Part shown: piece after piece, positions 9,383 through 18,994 of the stretch
How the letters are laid out: the number at the start of each line of letters is the position of its first letter
Numbering within the stretch: the stretch's first letter is position 1
Origin: an uncultured virus (IMG/VR IMGVR_UViG_3300008266_011401)
Taxonomy: Duplodnaviria; Heunggongvirae; Uroviricota; Caudoviricetes
Virus record (IMG/VR): IMGVR_UViG_3300008266_011401
Reading direction: 5' to 3' (one strand)
Length of the DNA stretch: 64,000 bases
Position numbers and translations under genes: made by a program
Notes under the pieces: generated by a model
Databases searched by the model: none
Seen by the model: only the letters and a program-made list of their open reading frames with translations
What the model was told of the DNA's origin: nothing

Positions 9383-10395
9383 TTACCCAACTGTATGAGG
9401 TCTATTAATTTCGGAATAACTGTCTTTGGCGATGCTTGTTCTAATATTCTACGTTGTCCATTATAAGCAATATTATTTAGTCGCCATTTATTACTAGGTT
9501 TAATCCATTCTCTGTGTGCTTTAATTATCTGGTCGGCTGCTCTCATTGGATTGGAAGCCATACCAATAGACAGCCGTGAACCAACAGGTACGGCAATATA
9601 ATGATAGTTGGGTATTAAGTCAATAGCCAGATGATGCGTGTGTTCATATAACATAACGGGAAGTCCCAATGTCCACAATTCATGTTCACGGGAACACCAC
9701 TGATGTCCTGGTAGTCCTAGATTAATTGTATGCGTCGCTGCTTTTCTAAAAAAGTCTTGCATTGGAAGTTTTTTCTCTGTACTACCAACACAAACCTCAT
9801 CGGGATATTTGTATTCCAGTGCGGATATTACTTCTCTAATTTTAACCCCATCGTGTAAATAATCATCACGATTATTTCCAAAGAAAAATACTCTATCGTC
9901 CAATTGAGATGAATTTCTAATATCTTGAATTTCTTCAATCATAGATTCAACAACATTTGGATAATATGGGAAATAAACAAATGGTAGTAATTTCGTAAAA
10001 TCTAACCACGGATTTTCGTGATGATAACGTTCCAGCGAATACTGACCAAGTAACGACATGACATAACCTGGAAGTGTTTGTAGATACCGCGTCACAGATG
10101 GAGCGTCTTGTAAATCTACAATAACAAAATTTTTTGTTTCGTCGTTAACTATTATAAACCATAGGGAGTCAGGTATATACGGTCCATTTGAACTTACATT
10201 AATATCCACTTCTGGAATGTATAACACCTTATTGTCTGCACACAAATTAATATAGGTAATATTTGCTTCGTGTCCCATATCAAACAGTACAGTTTTTAAT
10301 TCATACGCCAGAAGTTCGGTGAAATATGTGTTGATACCAACTGGACTTGGATTATGTCCCTTATGTGCTGGATGATATATTGTGTAACTCGCCAT
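9376..10395 (-). CDS. Putative glycosyltransferase (GT-B-like)
   Basis: FFFG...R, L.LPG..CSRE.E...G.P, L.PN.HY, IA.NG pattern. Confidence 0.5.
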   Translation of the reverse strand: MASYTIYHPAHKGHNPSPVGINTYFTELLAYELKTVLFDMGHEANITYINLCADNKVLYIPEVDINVSSNGPYIPDSLWFIIVNDETKNFVIVDLQDAPSVTRYLQTLPGYVMSLLGQYSLERYHHENPWLDFTKLLPFVYFPYYPNVVESMIEEIQDIRNSSQLDDRVFFFGNNRDDYLHDGVKIREVISALEYKYPDEVCVGSTEKKLPMQDFFRKAATHTINLGLPGHQWCSREHELWTLGLPVMLYEHTHHLAIDLIPNYHYIAVPVGSRLSIGMASNPMRAADQIIKAHREWIKPSNKWRLNNIAYNGQRRILEQASPKTVIPKLIDLIQLGNW

Positions 10396-10403
10396 AAATA
10401 CCT

Positions 10404-10574
10404 TTATTGTTTTTCTTCTACATAGTCGTCATCATGCCCGAAATCCATTCCCATCGCCTCATAATACATCTGGACATTCCATTCACGGAGGTCATTCCGT
10501 GTAGAGTCCCGATGAGAAACTTGACGAGGAGTTGATTCTTGCACGAATTCCCGTAACATTTCGTTTTCGGACAT
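10404..10574 (-). CDS. Small acidic hypothetical protein (56 aa)
   Basis: Hand-translated MSENEMLREFVQES...; GGAGA RBS. Confidence 0.55.
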   Translation of the reverse strand: MSENEMLREFVQESTPRQVSHRDSTRNDLREWNVQMYYEAMGMDFGHDDDYVEEKQ

Positions 10575-10607
10575 CGTGTTTCTCCAAGTTTAATTGTGAA
10601 AGGGTAT

Positions 10608-10617
10608 TATAAATAGT
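10608..10617 (-). promoter_or_regulatory. Putative late promoter motif ACTATTTATA
   Basis: Identical intergenic copy, 34 nt upstream of an ATG. Confidence 0.5.
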
Positions 10618-10635
10618 AAAATAAAATTTTAAAAT

Positions 10636-11307
10636 TCATCTCCCCAATTCACGCAATATTTCGTCTTGGAGATTACGGATGTCGGACTGATGTTGGTTGA
10701 CCGTTTCCTCTATTTCGGCATCCTCCACAGGATCCATAGAATCTGTTGGCTTAGGTCCGTCATCCTTTTGTTTCTTGGCGTGTTCTGGGTCAGTTAAACT
10801 AGTTTCCACATACTTCTGGTGGGCCACCCACGGTGCGCCGGTAGTCAAAAACATACAATTATAACATAACAGATGTAGGTTATCTCTTGAAAAATCTCCC
10901 ATCTTGTCTTTGAAAGTTAACATCAACGGGGATTTACCATCTGACAATCGTTTCTCATTAAATCCACACAGACCACATTGTTCATTTAACATATGACGAG
11001 CTACCATACGATATTTTAATCGTATCATACTATAATCCGTATGCTTGTTGGCAAATATGTCTCGTAGTGGAATACTTTTCGGATTCTTTGCAAATCCCTT
11101 GGTGGTACCTAATCCAAGAGGATTTGAATGCTGGTCATACAAATTATATATCTTGGCGTAACGTCGGTAACGAGGTTCACTGACACCCAACCATTTCGCA
11201 GCCTGTCGGTTACTGTTGGTGTTTCGTTGTGCCTCTTCTATTTCAGATTTCAATAAGGGTATAGACTTTCTACCCGTGTTGGAACTACCTACCTGTTTTT
11301 TCGCCAT
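10636..11307 (-). CDS. HTH plus degenerate HNH/Zn-finger protein
   Basis: AAKWLGVS HTH; CGLCG...NLHLLCYNC. Confidence 0.6.
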   Translation of the reverse strand: MAKKQVGSSNTGRKSIPLLKSEIEEAQRNTNSNRQAAKWLGVSEPRYRRYAKIYNLYDQHSNPLGLGTTKGFAKNPKSIPLRDIFANKHTDYSMIRLKYRMVARHMLNEQCGLCGFNEKRLSDGKSPLMLTFKDKMGDFSRDNLHLLCYNCMFLTTGAPWVAHQKYVETSLTDPEHAKKQKDDGPKPTDSMDPVEDAEIEETVNQHQSDIRNLQDEILRELGR

Positions 11308-11428
11308 AATTTATATATAAAACTGGAAATTTCTATTAATATCATTGCGGTCAGACACACCATTAAACAAACTATGGCAACGAAGGTAAATAACGACCAA
11401 CCAAAAATATTAAAGAGTAAGGTGAGCA

Positions 11429-12094
11429 TTAGTGTGTAAAATTAGTAATCAATGGAAATAATTTACCAATGGCTTCGGCACATGCTATAGCAATTTCCCG
11501 ATGTTCTTTCTGCGTTGCTTCATCACTTCTGATATCAATATAATGAATCCAACTACGAATCGTTCCATTCACATACATACGTGACATTGTAAGTCCTTCC
11601 GGAAGAACGGCACGTGCCACTTCCTTGGCGATACCTTTATCCAACGCCCATACATAGGCGTCCAACGCTGCATCCCATGCTTCAAGCTGCTTTCGTTGCC
11701 ACTGTGATTGTAGTGAAGAATCCGTGGTTACTATACTTGCCTGACGATTCTTAACGTCTTGTAAACGTGCTTCCCGTAGACATGGTTTCATATCCAATGA
11801 TTCTACCGAAGCGTATCGTTGACTGAATTCTTGAAACGTGAAACTACGATGCCTGAGAATCTGTCGGGCAATGTCACGGGTTGTTTCAATTTCAAGTGTA
11901 AGATTGGCCATCTCAAATGGTGACCAATGTTTATGTTTAATCAGATAACTAATAAGTTTATCTGTTGTGTCGGTATTTGTTTGGTTGCTCGGATTACTTA
12001 CACGAGCACAAAATGCTATTAAATCAGTAAGGTCACTGTCTGGACCTAACTCTTCGACACACGGAGTTGTGTACGAAACCAATTTGACTTTCAT
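11429..12094 (-). CDS. thyX: Flavin-dependent thymidylate synthase
   Basis: HWSPFE and RHRSFTFQEFSQRY ThyX motif. Confidence 0.97.
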   Translation of the reverse strand: MKVKLVSYTTPCVEELGPDSDLTDLIAFCARVSNPSNQTNTDTTDKLISYLIKHKHWSPFEMANLTLEIETTRDIARQILRHRSFTFQEFSQRYASVESLDMKPCLREARLQDVKNRQASIVTTDSSLQSQWQRKQLEAWDAALDAYVWALDKGIAKEVARAVLPEGLTMSRMYVNGTIRSWIHYIDIRSDEATQKEHREIAIACAEAIGKLFPLITNFTH

Positions 12095-12330
12095 TAATGA
12101 TCACCGTAAATGCTAAATGTTGGAATTTCTGGTTCGGGGTCTTTCTCTTGTCTGACCATATATATCTTCCCTTCACCCGCATCAAAGAAGTATTGTTTAC
12201 ATTTGGTCTTTTGGAACATATATTCTAATGCGGCAGTGAGTGTAGGAAATATACGCGTCCCGTCACCATTAGTTTCACGCCACCTATCACCAGGTGGAAC
12301 TCTCTTTAAAATTTCTTCTCGTGTTTCCAT
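12094..12330 (-). CDS. Hypothetical protein
   Basis: Coupled 78-aa ORF. Confidence 0.6.
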   Translation of the reverse strand: METREEILKRVPPGDRWRETNGDGTRIFPTLTAALEYMFQKTKCKQYFFDAGEGKIYMVRQEKDPEPEIPTFSIYGDH

Positions 12331-12333
12331 AAT

Positions 12334-14127
12334 TTATCGTATCTTTGTATAAAAGTCAATATCCTTTTGCATTTCCATTCTTTCTTGTTTGGTAAGTGAA
12401 GGATTTTTTGATTGCAATTCTAAGAATTTAATAGTACTTTCTGCATGTTTTTTACGTTGCTGTGGTGTCCAATCCGCTGGGTTAGGACTTTTACTTGCCA
12501 GTGTATACGTCCAAGATTCATGCTGATATAATTCAAATGCCGCGGCAGTACTCAAGCCTCGTGCTCGCAATGCCAACGTTGCAATAGTTGGATAATAATA
12601 GTTTGGTGGTGGAGTTTTATTGGTGATGCGTAAACGAATCATACCAACACGTTTATCTGATTCTGGATCAATAATGAATCGTGTACGTAATTCTTTCAAT
12701 GCATCTTCCGAACTCACCGTTTTACTAATACCGAATGTGTCTCTTAATGATTTGTCGTTGACATACATGGGGATTGGATTCCCGTCACTGTCAATATTTC
12801 CTTCACCGTACACAGTCACTACCTTATCAACACCTTCGGTTGGCGTATCAGACAACATCTGAGGAATATCCAATGCATCCAACAGATATCTGGTAGTAGC
12901 TTCACGTACAGCTCTGTCAGATTCTATTGTATTTAAAAATTGTTTTGTGGCTATGTTATCTACATTTCTAATAGAATCCATCACCTTTTTTATTGATGGA
13001 TAATTCTTTTTTATACCTTCCAACGATTTTAATAAAGCTTTAAATTCGTTGGAGGCTAATTTCTCACCAGAAGTTGCTCTACTTAAAAACTGTTTATTGA
13101 GAGTACCGTTTGGATTAAAATAAGCATCATACTTAGGACTACTCAAACTCTTAATACCAGTACGATTAAATGTTGACAACGCACTACGTACTTCCTTTTG
13201 ATTTGCTTTTAAGAATTTTGAAAGTGCAACAAACGCCTTGTCAGCTTCTTGTTTGTGTAGTTTTTTCAACGCTTGAATTTTGGTTTTTGCTTTTGTGTCG
13301 TCGGTAAATGTTTCAATGGTACCGATAATTTTGGCATACCCTTGGTTTGCCAAAAATATATTTCCACTCTTCTTTAACGAAACACCAATCACATCACCAG
13401 ATACAGTTCGTATATACAAATCAGATCGGTCATTCATGTCCTTACCTTTTGGTAATCCCATGTTTGCACGACCTTCTGCATTATCCCAGACTAATGAATC
13501 TATACGACCATATTGCTTTTCTGTTTGTGACAGAGTTGCCACGATTTGGGCTTTGACACTTTTTGTCCAATCTTGTGTAAGTTTCGACCCTTTCATTGAT
13601 GATAATTGTGATATCATTTCATCTATCAATGCATCGTTATTACGTAGATACGCGTCCATGTCACCCTTGAAGGATTTACGTCCCTGCAATAACGTGTTGG
13701 AAACTAGTACAACTGATGCTTCAGCAGCTCGTGACTCAGGTGTTCCGGCCCCAGCACTACCCTTATCAGTCACACCAATAATAGCATCATACACACCCTT
13801 ACCACCAGGTAACTTCCCTATGGATTGTGCAACATTGACTGTCCCTTTTCCAGATACTCGTGGTGTAGAAGGTTTTGTTGCTGATACCGATTTCTTTTGT
13901 GGGGTGGTTGGTTTGCCAACAGGTTCTTGTTTGGGAGCAGATTTTTGTCTACCTCTGGCAAATACATCTGCTGTCTTTTTATCTTTAAAATAATCTGTAT
14001 TTCCCACTTGATTTTTAGCACCAAATCCACCTTTGGTTCTCCAAACATCACCTGGGTTATGAGTTGCGGGAACTGCTTCCGACAACGATAATATATCAGT
14101 TATAAATTCTTTTAATAATTCTTTCAT
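12334..14127 (-). CDS. Large basic protein, possibly virion-packaged, with PD-(D/E)XK-like motif
   Basis: E.....SDLY...IGVSLKK resembles a nuclease core; ACTATTTATA motif upstream. Confidence 0.45.
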   Translation of the reverse strand: MKELLKEFITDILSLSEAVPATHNPGDVWRTKGGFGAKNQVGNTDYFKDKKTADVFARGRQKSAPKQEPVGKPTTPQKKSVSATKPSTPRVSGKGTVNVAQSIGKLPGGKGVYDAIIGVTDKGSAGAGTPESRAAEASVVLVSNTLLQGRKSFKGDMDAYLRNNDALIDEMISQLSSMKGSKLTQDWTKSVKAQIVATLSQTEKQYGRIDSLVWDNAEGRANMGLPKGKDMNDRSDLYIRTVSGDVIGVSLKKSGNIFLANQGYAKIIGTIETFTDDTKAKTKIQALKKLHKQEADKAFVALSKFLKANQKEVRSALSTFNRTGIKSLSSPKYDAYFNPNGTLNKQFLSRATSGEKLASNEFKALLKSLEGIKKNYPSIKKVMDSIRNVDNIATKQFLNTIESDRAVREATTRYLLDALDIPQMLSDTPTEGVDKVVTVYGEGNIDSDGNPIPMYVNDKSLRDTFGISKTVSSEDALKELRTRFIIDPESDKRVGMIRLRITNKTPPPNYYYPTIATLALRARGLSTAAAFELYQHESWTYTLASKSPNPADWTPQQRKKHAESTIKFLELQSKNPSLTKQERMEMQKDIDFYTKIR

Positions 14128-14152
14128 AATATAACGTGGTTAAATATACTGA

Positions 14153-14162
14153 TATAAATAGT
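14153..14162 (-). promoter_or_regulatory. Putative late promoter motif ACTATTTATA
   Basis: Identical intergenic copy, 26 nt upstream of an ATG. Confidence 0.55.
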
Positions 14163-14176
14163 TGATAGGTACGAAG

Positions 14177-14383
14177 TTATTCCTTATCTGGACGTTTCTG
14201 ATGTTTCAAACTGTTCTTCTTTTTTCCACCCTTGTGTTCTTCTTCCGAACGTCTGGGGTGACGGATTTTCTCAAACCCCTCGTAGTTATCTTCCAACCCG
14301 AACTCTTCCTCATAATAGTCAAGTTCGTCATCATAGAATTCATCATCGTCATCAAACACAACATCACCTTGCCACTTTGGCAT
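14177..14383 (-). CDS. Small protein with acidic N-half and basic C-half
   Basis: GGAG RBS; D/E-rich then K/R-rich. Confidence 0.55.
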   Translation of the reverse strand: MPKWQGDVVFDDDDEFYDDELDYYEEEFGLEDNYEGFEKIRHPRRSEEEHKGGKKKNSLKHQKRPDKE

Positions 14384-14409
14384 CGTACAATCTCCTAAAT
14401 ATTATAAAG

Positions 14410-14796
14410 TTATTTTGCCCACTTACCACGCTTGACCAACTGACAGATAACCCCGTAAACCGATAGGTCTTGAAAGGTGTCGTCTATCGCCTCTCCTACA
14501 TTGTCCTTCTTACCTAATACGACCAACTGCTTCAACCGTTGAATCTTATCATTCATACGAAACCACAAACCAGTTAACGACAACTGAACATCATCAGGTG
14601 TTGATAACGAAGTCCCAACAGAAATATTACTTGGTCCATAGTTGGACTGTTTGACACAAAACGTTTCGTATTGCTCCATCATAATATTCCAGTATTCTTT
14701 GGTCATCTCTGGATATTCTCGTTCAATCTGTGCAACTATATCGGGTTTTTTATACACTGTTAAGTTGCCTGTAATACGATGTGACTCAATTTGCAT
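14410..14796 (-). CDS. DUF1599-like nucleotide-modification-associated protein
   Basis: KQSNYG...RMNDKIQRL...E.I.DT..DL.VY. Confidence 0.7.
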   Translation of the reverse strand: MQIESHRITGNLTVYKKPDIVAQIEREYPEMTKEYWNIMMEQYETFCVKQSNYGPSNISVGTSLSTPDDVQLSLTGLWFRMNDKIQRLKQLVVLGKKDNVGEAIDDTFQDLSVYGVICQLVKRGKWAK

Positions 14797-15586
14797 GTAA
14801 CCCTCTTATAGTAGACGAATCCCCGTTTGGGAATTTTGTATTGTTAAGACCATTGTGTGGAGGAACACCCCACTTATAGTAATATTGTTGCATTGCGAAT
14901 TGTTCTCTTTCTCTGAACTTCTGTGCTTCCGAATTCTTCTTTGTTGATACAGAACCAAAATGATACGAATGTAAGAAATGTGTACGTGATCTGGTAAGAC
15001 CAGGTATCAATTCTAACTTTGCGAAGAAATCCCAATCACAAAGATTTGGAGAATTGTAAAAGGTGTCAAATCCACCAACTGCCATATACCATTTCTTGTT
15101 TATCAAGAATGGAAATATATTTCCATCTGGTGTTTTCTTATTGGTAGACAATCTCCGTTCTTCATCAATGAACTTTTCCATATCAAATGTTTCAACCGTT
15201 TGTCCACAATCCATTACCGGAAAGTTAAACATTCCAGGACCAGTAGGTTCTATTTGATTGACTGTTAAGATTTCATTTGGGTCGTACTGCGACTCCAATT
15301 TCTTATCCCAATTTGGTGCGAACACATTATCATCGTTGATGATGAATATCTTTTCGTTGTTTGCATTCCACACACCCATGTTTAATGCGTGTTGCATCCC
15401 TTTATTTTCGGGAAGAGTGATAACGTCAATACCTTTGTGTTTGTTTATTACGTATTCACTTTCTTCTGCATATCCATCCAAGATAACAATTATTTCGTTA
15501 CCATTATGTTGTCCCCGTAACAATGAATGTAAACACAAATCCAAATATTTTGGATTACGATACGAGGGAATAATAACCGAAATCAT
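14786..15586 (-). CDS. Glycosyltransferase family 2
   Basis: ISVIIPSY, ILDG, NDD, GGFD, DWD. Confidence 0.9.
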   Translation of the reverse strand: MISVIIPSYRNPKYLDLCLHSLLRGQHNGNEIIVILDGYAEESEYVINKHKGIDVITLPENKGMQHALNMGVWNANNEKIFIINDDNVFAPNWDKKLESQYDPNEILTVNQIEPTGPGMFNFPVMDCGQTVETFDMEKFIDEERRLSTNKKTPDGNIFPFLINKKWYMAVGGFDTFYNSPNLCDWDFFAKLELIPGLTRSRTHFLHSYHFGSVSTKKNSEAQKFREREQFAMQQYYYKWGVPPHNGLNNTKFPNGDSSTIRGLHAN

Positions 15587-15587
15587 A

Positions 15588-16631
15588 TTAGTTTTTAAGT
15601 TTAGCTGTCTTGGCTTCCTGCACTAGTACATCGGTTTTCCAGAAGGGATAAATACCTTTTTCTACTTCATACTTACTCCACACTTGTCGTGGACGTTCTG
15701 GTTGTACTCGTGCCCATTCCCACATCTTCTTCAATCCTTCATATAAGTCTGTCTTGTGTTCGAATCCAAGAACATCAACCGATTTCTGCCAAGTAGGATA
15801 TGCATATTTCACTTCGTGTCGTGGGGGAAGATGTTTGATTTCACCACCACCCATCACATCAATCAATGTGTCTGCTGCTTCGTTGATACTATATTCCTTG
15901 ATACCACCCAAGTTAATAATTTGCTTGGATGCCTTCGGGTCGGTTCCTGCTCTCCACAAAGGTTCAAGAGAATCATCAATACAGCTAAATGCACGAACCT
16001 GATTACCATCACCGAAGATAGTTAATGGTTGATTGGTTAGCTTCTTATACATCCAGATACCTAACACATTACGATAGCTGTCCCAAATATTCTGGTTCGC
16101 ACCGAATACGTTGTGTGGTCGGATAATACACCAATCTAATCCATGCTGGACACCGGCGGTTTCAATATCCATTTCACACGCTGCCTTCGCAATACCATAC
16201 GAATCAATAGGTGCACGTGCCATATCTTCGTGGAATGGTGGTTCACCAGCACCAAATCCATACACACCCATCGAAGAAGTGAATACCAATCTCTTTACAC
16301 TGTGCTTAATACACTGGTTGATAACTCCCGCAGTTGCGAGAAGATTATTGGTGTAATTATACTGTCTGATGAATGGGGACAACGCTTCCGCTGCGTATGC
16401 TGCAAAGTGATACACGATATCAATTTGATGTGCATCGAAAACATATCCACAGTTCTGCGTGCCCAAATCAATATTATAAAACTTTACCTTTGGATTAATA
16501 TTTTCTTTATACCCACCACTAAAATCGTCAATACCAATAACGTCTACATCGGGTTGGTTTTCGATAATCCAATCAGCCAATCGTGATCCTAGAAGTCCAG
16601 CAACACCAGTGATTAATACAGTTTGTTTCAT
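15588..16631 (-). CDS. NAD-dependent sugar epimerase/dehydratase
   Basis: GVAGLLG, FTSS, YGIAK. Confidence 0.93.
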   Translation of the reverse strand: MKQTVLITGVAGLLGSRLADWIIENQPDVDVIGIDDFSGGYKENINPKVKFYNIDLGTQNCGYVFDAHQIDIVYHFAAYAAEALSPFIRQYNYTNNLLATAGVINQCIKHSVKRLVFTSSMGVYGFGAGEPPFHEDMARAPIDSYGIAKAACEMDIETAGVQHGLDWCIIRPHNVFGANQNIWDSYRNVLGIWMYKKLTNQPLTIFGDGNQVRAFSCIDDSLEPLWRAGTDPKASKQIINLGGIKEYSINEAADTLIDVMGGGEIKHLPPRHEVKYAYPTWQKSVDVLGFEHKTDLYEGLKKMWEWARVQPERPRQVWSKYEVEKGIYPFWKTDVLVQEAKTAKLKN

Positions 16632-16661
16632 TGTAAAGTAATTGTTAAAGGTTCATTAATA

Positions 16662-16690
16662 AGTATAACATCGTGACTGCTCTACGTCAA
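16662..16690 (-). promoter_or_regulatory. Sigma70-type promoter
   Basis: TTGACG-17 nt-TATACT. Confidence 0.75.
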
Positions 16691-16693
16691 GTA

Positions 16694-17440
16694 TCAAATA
16701 TCTTCCCACGAGTCAATTGAAAGACCAACCGTGGGTGCTTCATATCCTTTTAAACAATGTGTTGCTAATGACGGTAGTGGTTGTACTAATGCACGACCTT
16801 TTTCACGAAGTTTAAGAAAGATTGCAAAATCTTTTGTATTAATTAAATCTTCCGTTCCCCACATCCATACATCCATATCGTTCTTTATGGTACCAACAGT
16901 TGTTGCGAACGTATTGGTTGTAGAATTTGTTATCATCCAAAAATGGTCCTTCGTCTTAATAACTTGCGTAGGTTCCGATACATTTTCCATAGGAGTATAC
17001 GGATTCCCACCACGAGAGGGATCCCAAAACTTATCAGGATGTAAGTATCCAGTTGCGTAGTGTGCATAATTCAATGCCTCAATAATTTTATGTTCGGAAC
17101 CAGGAAGATATAAATAATCATCTTCTTGAAACAAAACAATTTCTTCATCATTTGTAATCTTTTGCACTTCGTCTAACAATACTCGCATAGACTTAGCATC
17201 GGACCCAGCCTGTATCTTGACGAGATTAACTCGTTCCGTTGCATCCGATAATTCATTTAACCATTTCCACGTTTCATCGGTGATGGAATCCACGAATATC
17301 GTAATCTCCGCCGTGGGGAAACAATTCAATGTATTCAACAAACACCGTTGTTTAGTGGCGTTTGGTAACTTCACCTGCCACGTTCGTTGTTGTGCATGTT
17401 GTGAATTACTGGACTCACTTATTCTGTAAAATATTTTCAT
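16694..17440 (-). CDS. Putative GT-A glycosyltransferase
   Basis: FQEDDYLY DxD-like motif; PSLATH. Confidence 0.65.
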   Translation of the reverse strand: MKIFYRISESSNSQHAQQRTWQVKLPNATKQRCLLNTLNCFPTAEITIFVDSITDETWKWLNELSDATERVNLVKIQAGSDAKSMRVLLDEVQKITNDEEIVLFQEDDYLYLPGSEHKIIEALNYAHYATGYLHPDKFWDPSRGGNPYTPMENVSEPTQVIKTKDHFWMITNSTTNTFATTVGTIKNDMDVWMWGTEDLINTKDFAIFLKLREKGRALVQPLPSLATHCLKGYEAPTVGLSIDSWEDI

Positions 17441-18329
17441 TATAAAACCGTTCTAATTCTTTTGGAAAGTGTTGTGTTGCAATTTGTCTAAACTCATCTT
17501 TACGATCAATACTGGACACTAAATCATTTAGGTATTTGTTGTTTTGTTGATGATTCTCACAAACTAATATACCGTCCAATACATACTGCTGCACAGGAAG
17601 TTTTTTGGATTCTCGTAACATTTGTGCACAAGTTAATACATAGGTATCTTCCAATCCGTAGTGACCGAATGATTCGGGTATTCCTGTTACTTTCAACAGT
17701 TTATTACTGATAACCGTTCCCCACCCACCAGCAGCTTTAAATGTATTGATTGGTCGAACCGCAACCCCAGTATCTCGTAATCCCAGATCAAATACATTTG
17801 CTGTTAGATTATCATTTAATTCTCTGGACAATAAATCGTCATGTACCAACACATCCCACGTAGTGTCCCACTGTCGTGTTATCTGTGGAGTTACTACATA
17901 GTAATCCACTCCACTATTTTTTATGGCTTTTACTGCATTACCAAGGTATCCAAGAAATCTGTCACCGAAGAATAAATCATTGTCCATCCACAAAGTAAAA
18001 TCGTAATCATCTACATATTTTAATGTATGTCGTCGTTGCGAAACACAGCCAAGTATTTCTGATTTGTATTCTATTCTAAATGTACTATCTGATGATTCCC
18101 AGGTACATAACGAACTTACTATATCAGAGAATTTATTAGCAAAATAAACTTGTGGTAGTTTTGAAGTTGACCAATCAATCATTTCATCACTTAAACATAA
18201 TGTGATATCAAATGTGTATTCCACATCCTCTGGTATCCATTCCGCGTTACGACGAAGATTATATAAAGTTAGATGTAAATTATCAATTTCGTGTGGTAAT
18301 ACAAAAATAGAAATTAAACCTTTGGTCAT
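17415..18329 (-). CDS. Putative GT-A glycosyltransferase
   Basis: WMDND; YGLEDT. Confidence 0.6.
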   Translation of the reverse strand: MTKGLISIFVLPHEIDNLHLTLYNLRRNAEWIPEDVEYTFDITLCLSDEMIDWSTSKLPQVYFANKFSDIVSSLCTWESSDSTFRIEYKSEILGCVSQRRHTLKYVDDYDFTLWMDNDLFFGDRFLGYLGNAVKAIKNSGVDYYVVTPQITRQWDTTWDVLVHDDLLSRELNDNLTANVFDLGLRDTGVAVRPINTFKAAGGWGTVISNKLLKVTGIPESFGHYGLEDTYVLTCAQMLRESKKLPVQQYVLDGILVCENHQQNNKYLNDLVSSIDRKDEFRQIATQHFPKELERFYNENILQNK

Positions 18330-18985
18330 ACCTTTATTCTCTGAACCACACCCACTCCCCAATCAGCTTCTCCACGACCAAACCATTCAACTGAGAAAAT
18401 ATCTGTGTCAATTGCATCTAACAATGCCACTGGACCTGGGTGGTAGTTTGTATCGTGGAATGCCATCACTCCATTTGGAATCATCTTTTCCCAATACTTC
18501 CATTCTTTGATTACTTGATTGACAGAATGCCATCCATCCACGAACATAAAGTCAATTTGTTCATGACCGTACCATTCCATCAATTGATACAAGCTTTCAT
18601 AGTTGGCGGAATCACCTTGAATTGTAAATATATTATTTTCTATACTATTCAAATATGTTTTGGGTTTAAGATCCATTCCAACATACATGCAGTCTGTTGG
18701 TTTGATACTGAGTAATGTGTTCGTGGAGGAAACACCACCACATTCATCTACACCAATTTCAACTATTAATTTAGGTTGGTGGGGTAATTTATTAAATGCA
18801 TATTTTAATGCTTCGTGATTAAGTGACGAAAAATGTACATTGGGTGAAGCATCAAAGTCACCTAACCAATCGGTATCATTGGAAATGCTAGGTTCCAGAG
18901 AGGGAAGATATTTTAGTCCATAAATATCTGTGGGTAACTTGGTTACCTTTGATAAAATATCATTCGTTCTGTCAAGTAAATTCAT
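18326..18985 (-). CDS. Class I SAM methyltransferase (Methyltransf_24-like)
   Basis: VEIGV..G.S, GDS, FVDGWHS, FHDT. Confidence 0.85.
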   Translation of the reverse strand: MNLLDRTNDILSKVTKLPTDIYGLKYLPSLEPSISNDTDWLGDFDASPNVHFSSLNHEALKYAFNKLPHQPKLIVEIGVDECGGVSSTNTLLSIKPTDCMYVGMDLKPKTYLNSIENNIFTIQGDSANYESLYQLMEWYGHEQIDFMFVDGWHSVNQVIKEWKYWEKMIPNGVMAFHDTNYHPGPVALLDAIDTDIFSVEWFGRGEADWGVGVVQRIKV

Positions 18986-18994
18986 AGTATTCTC

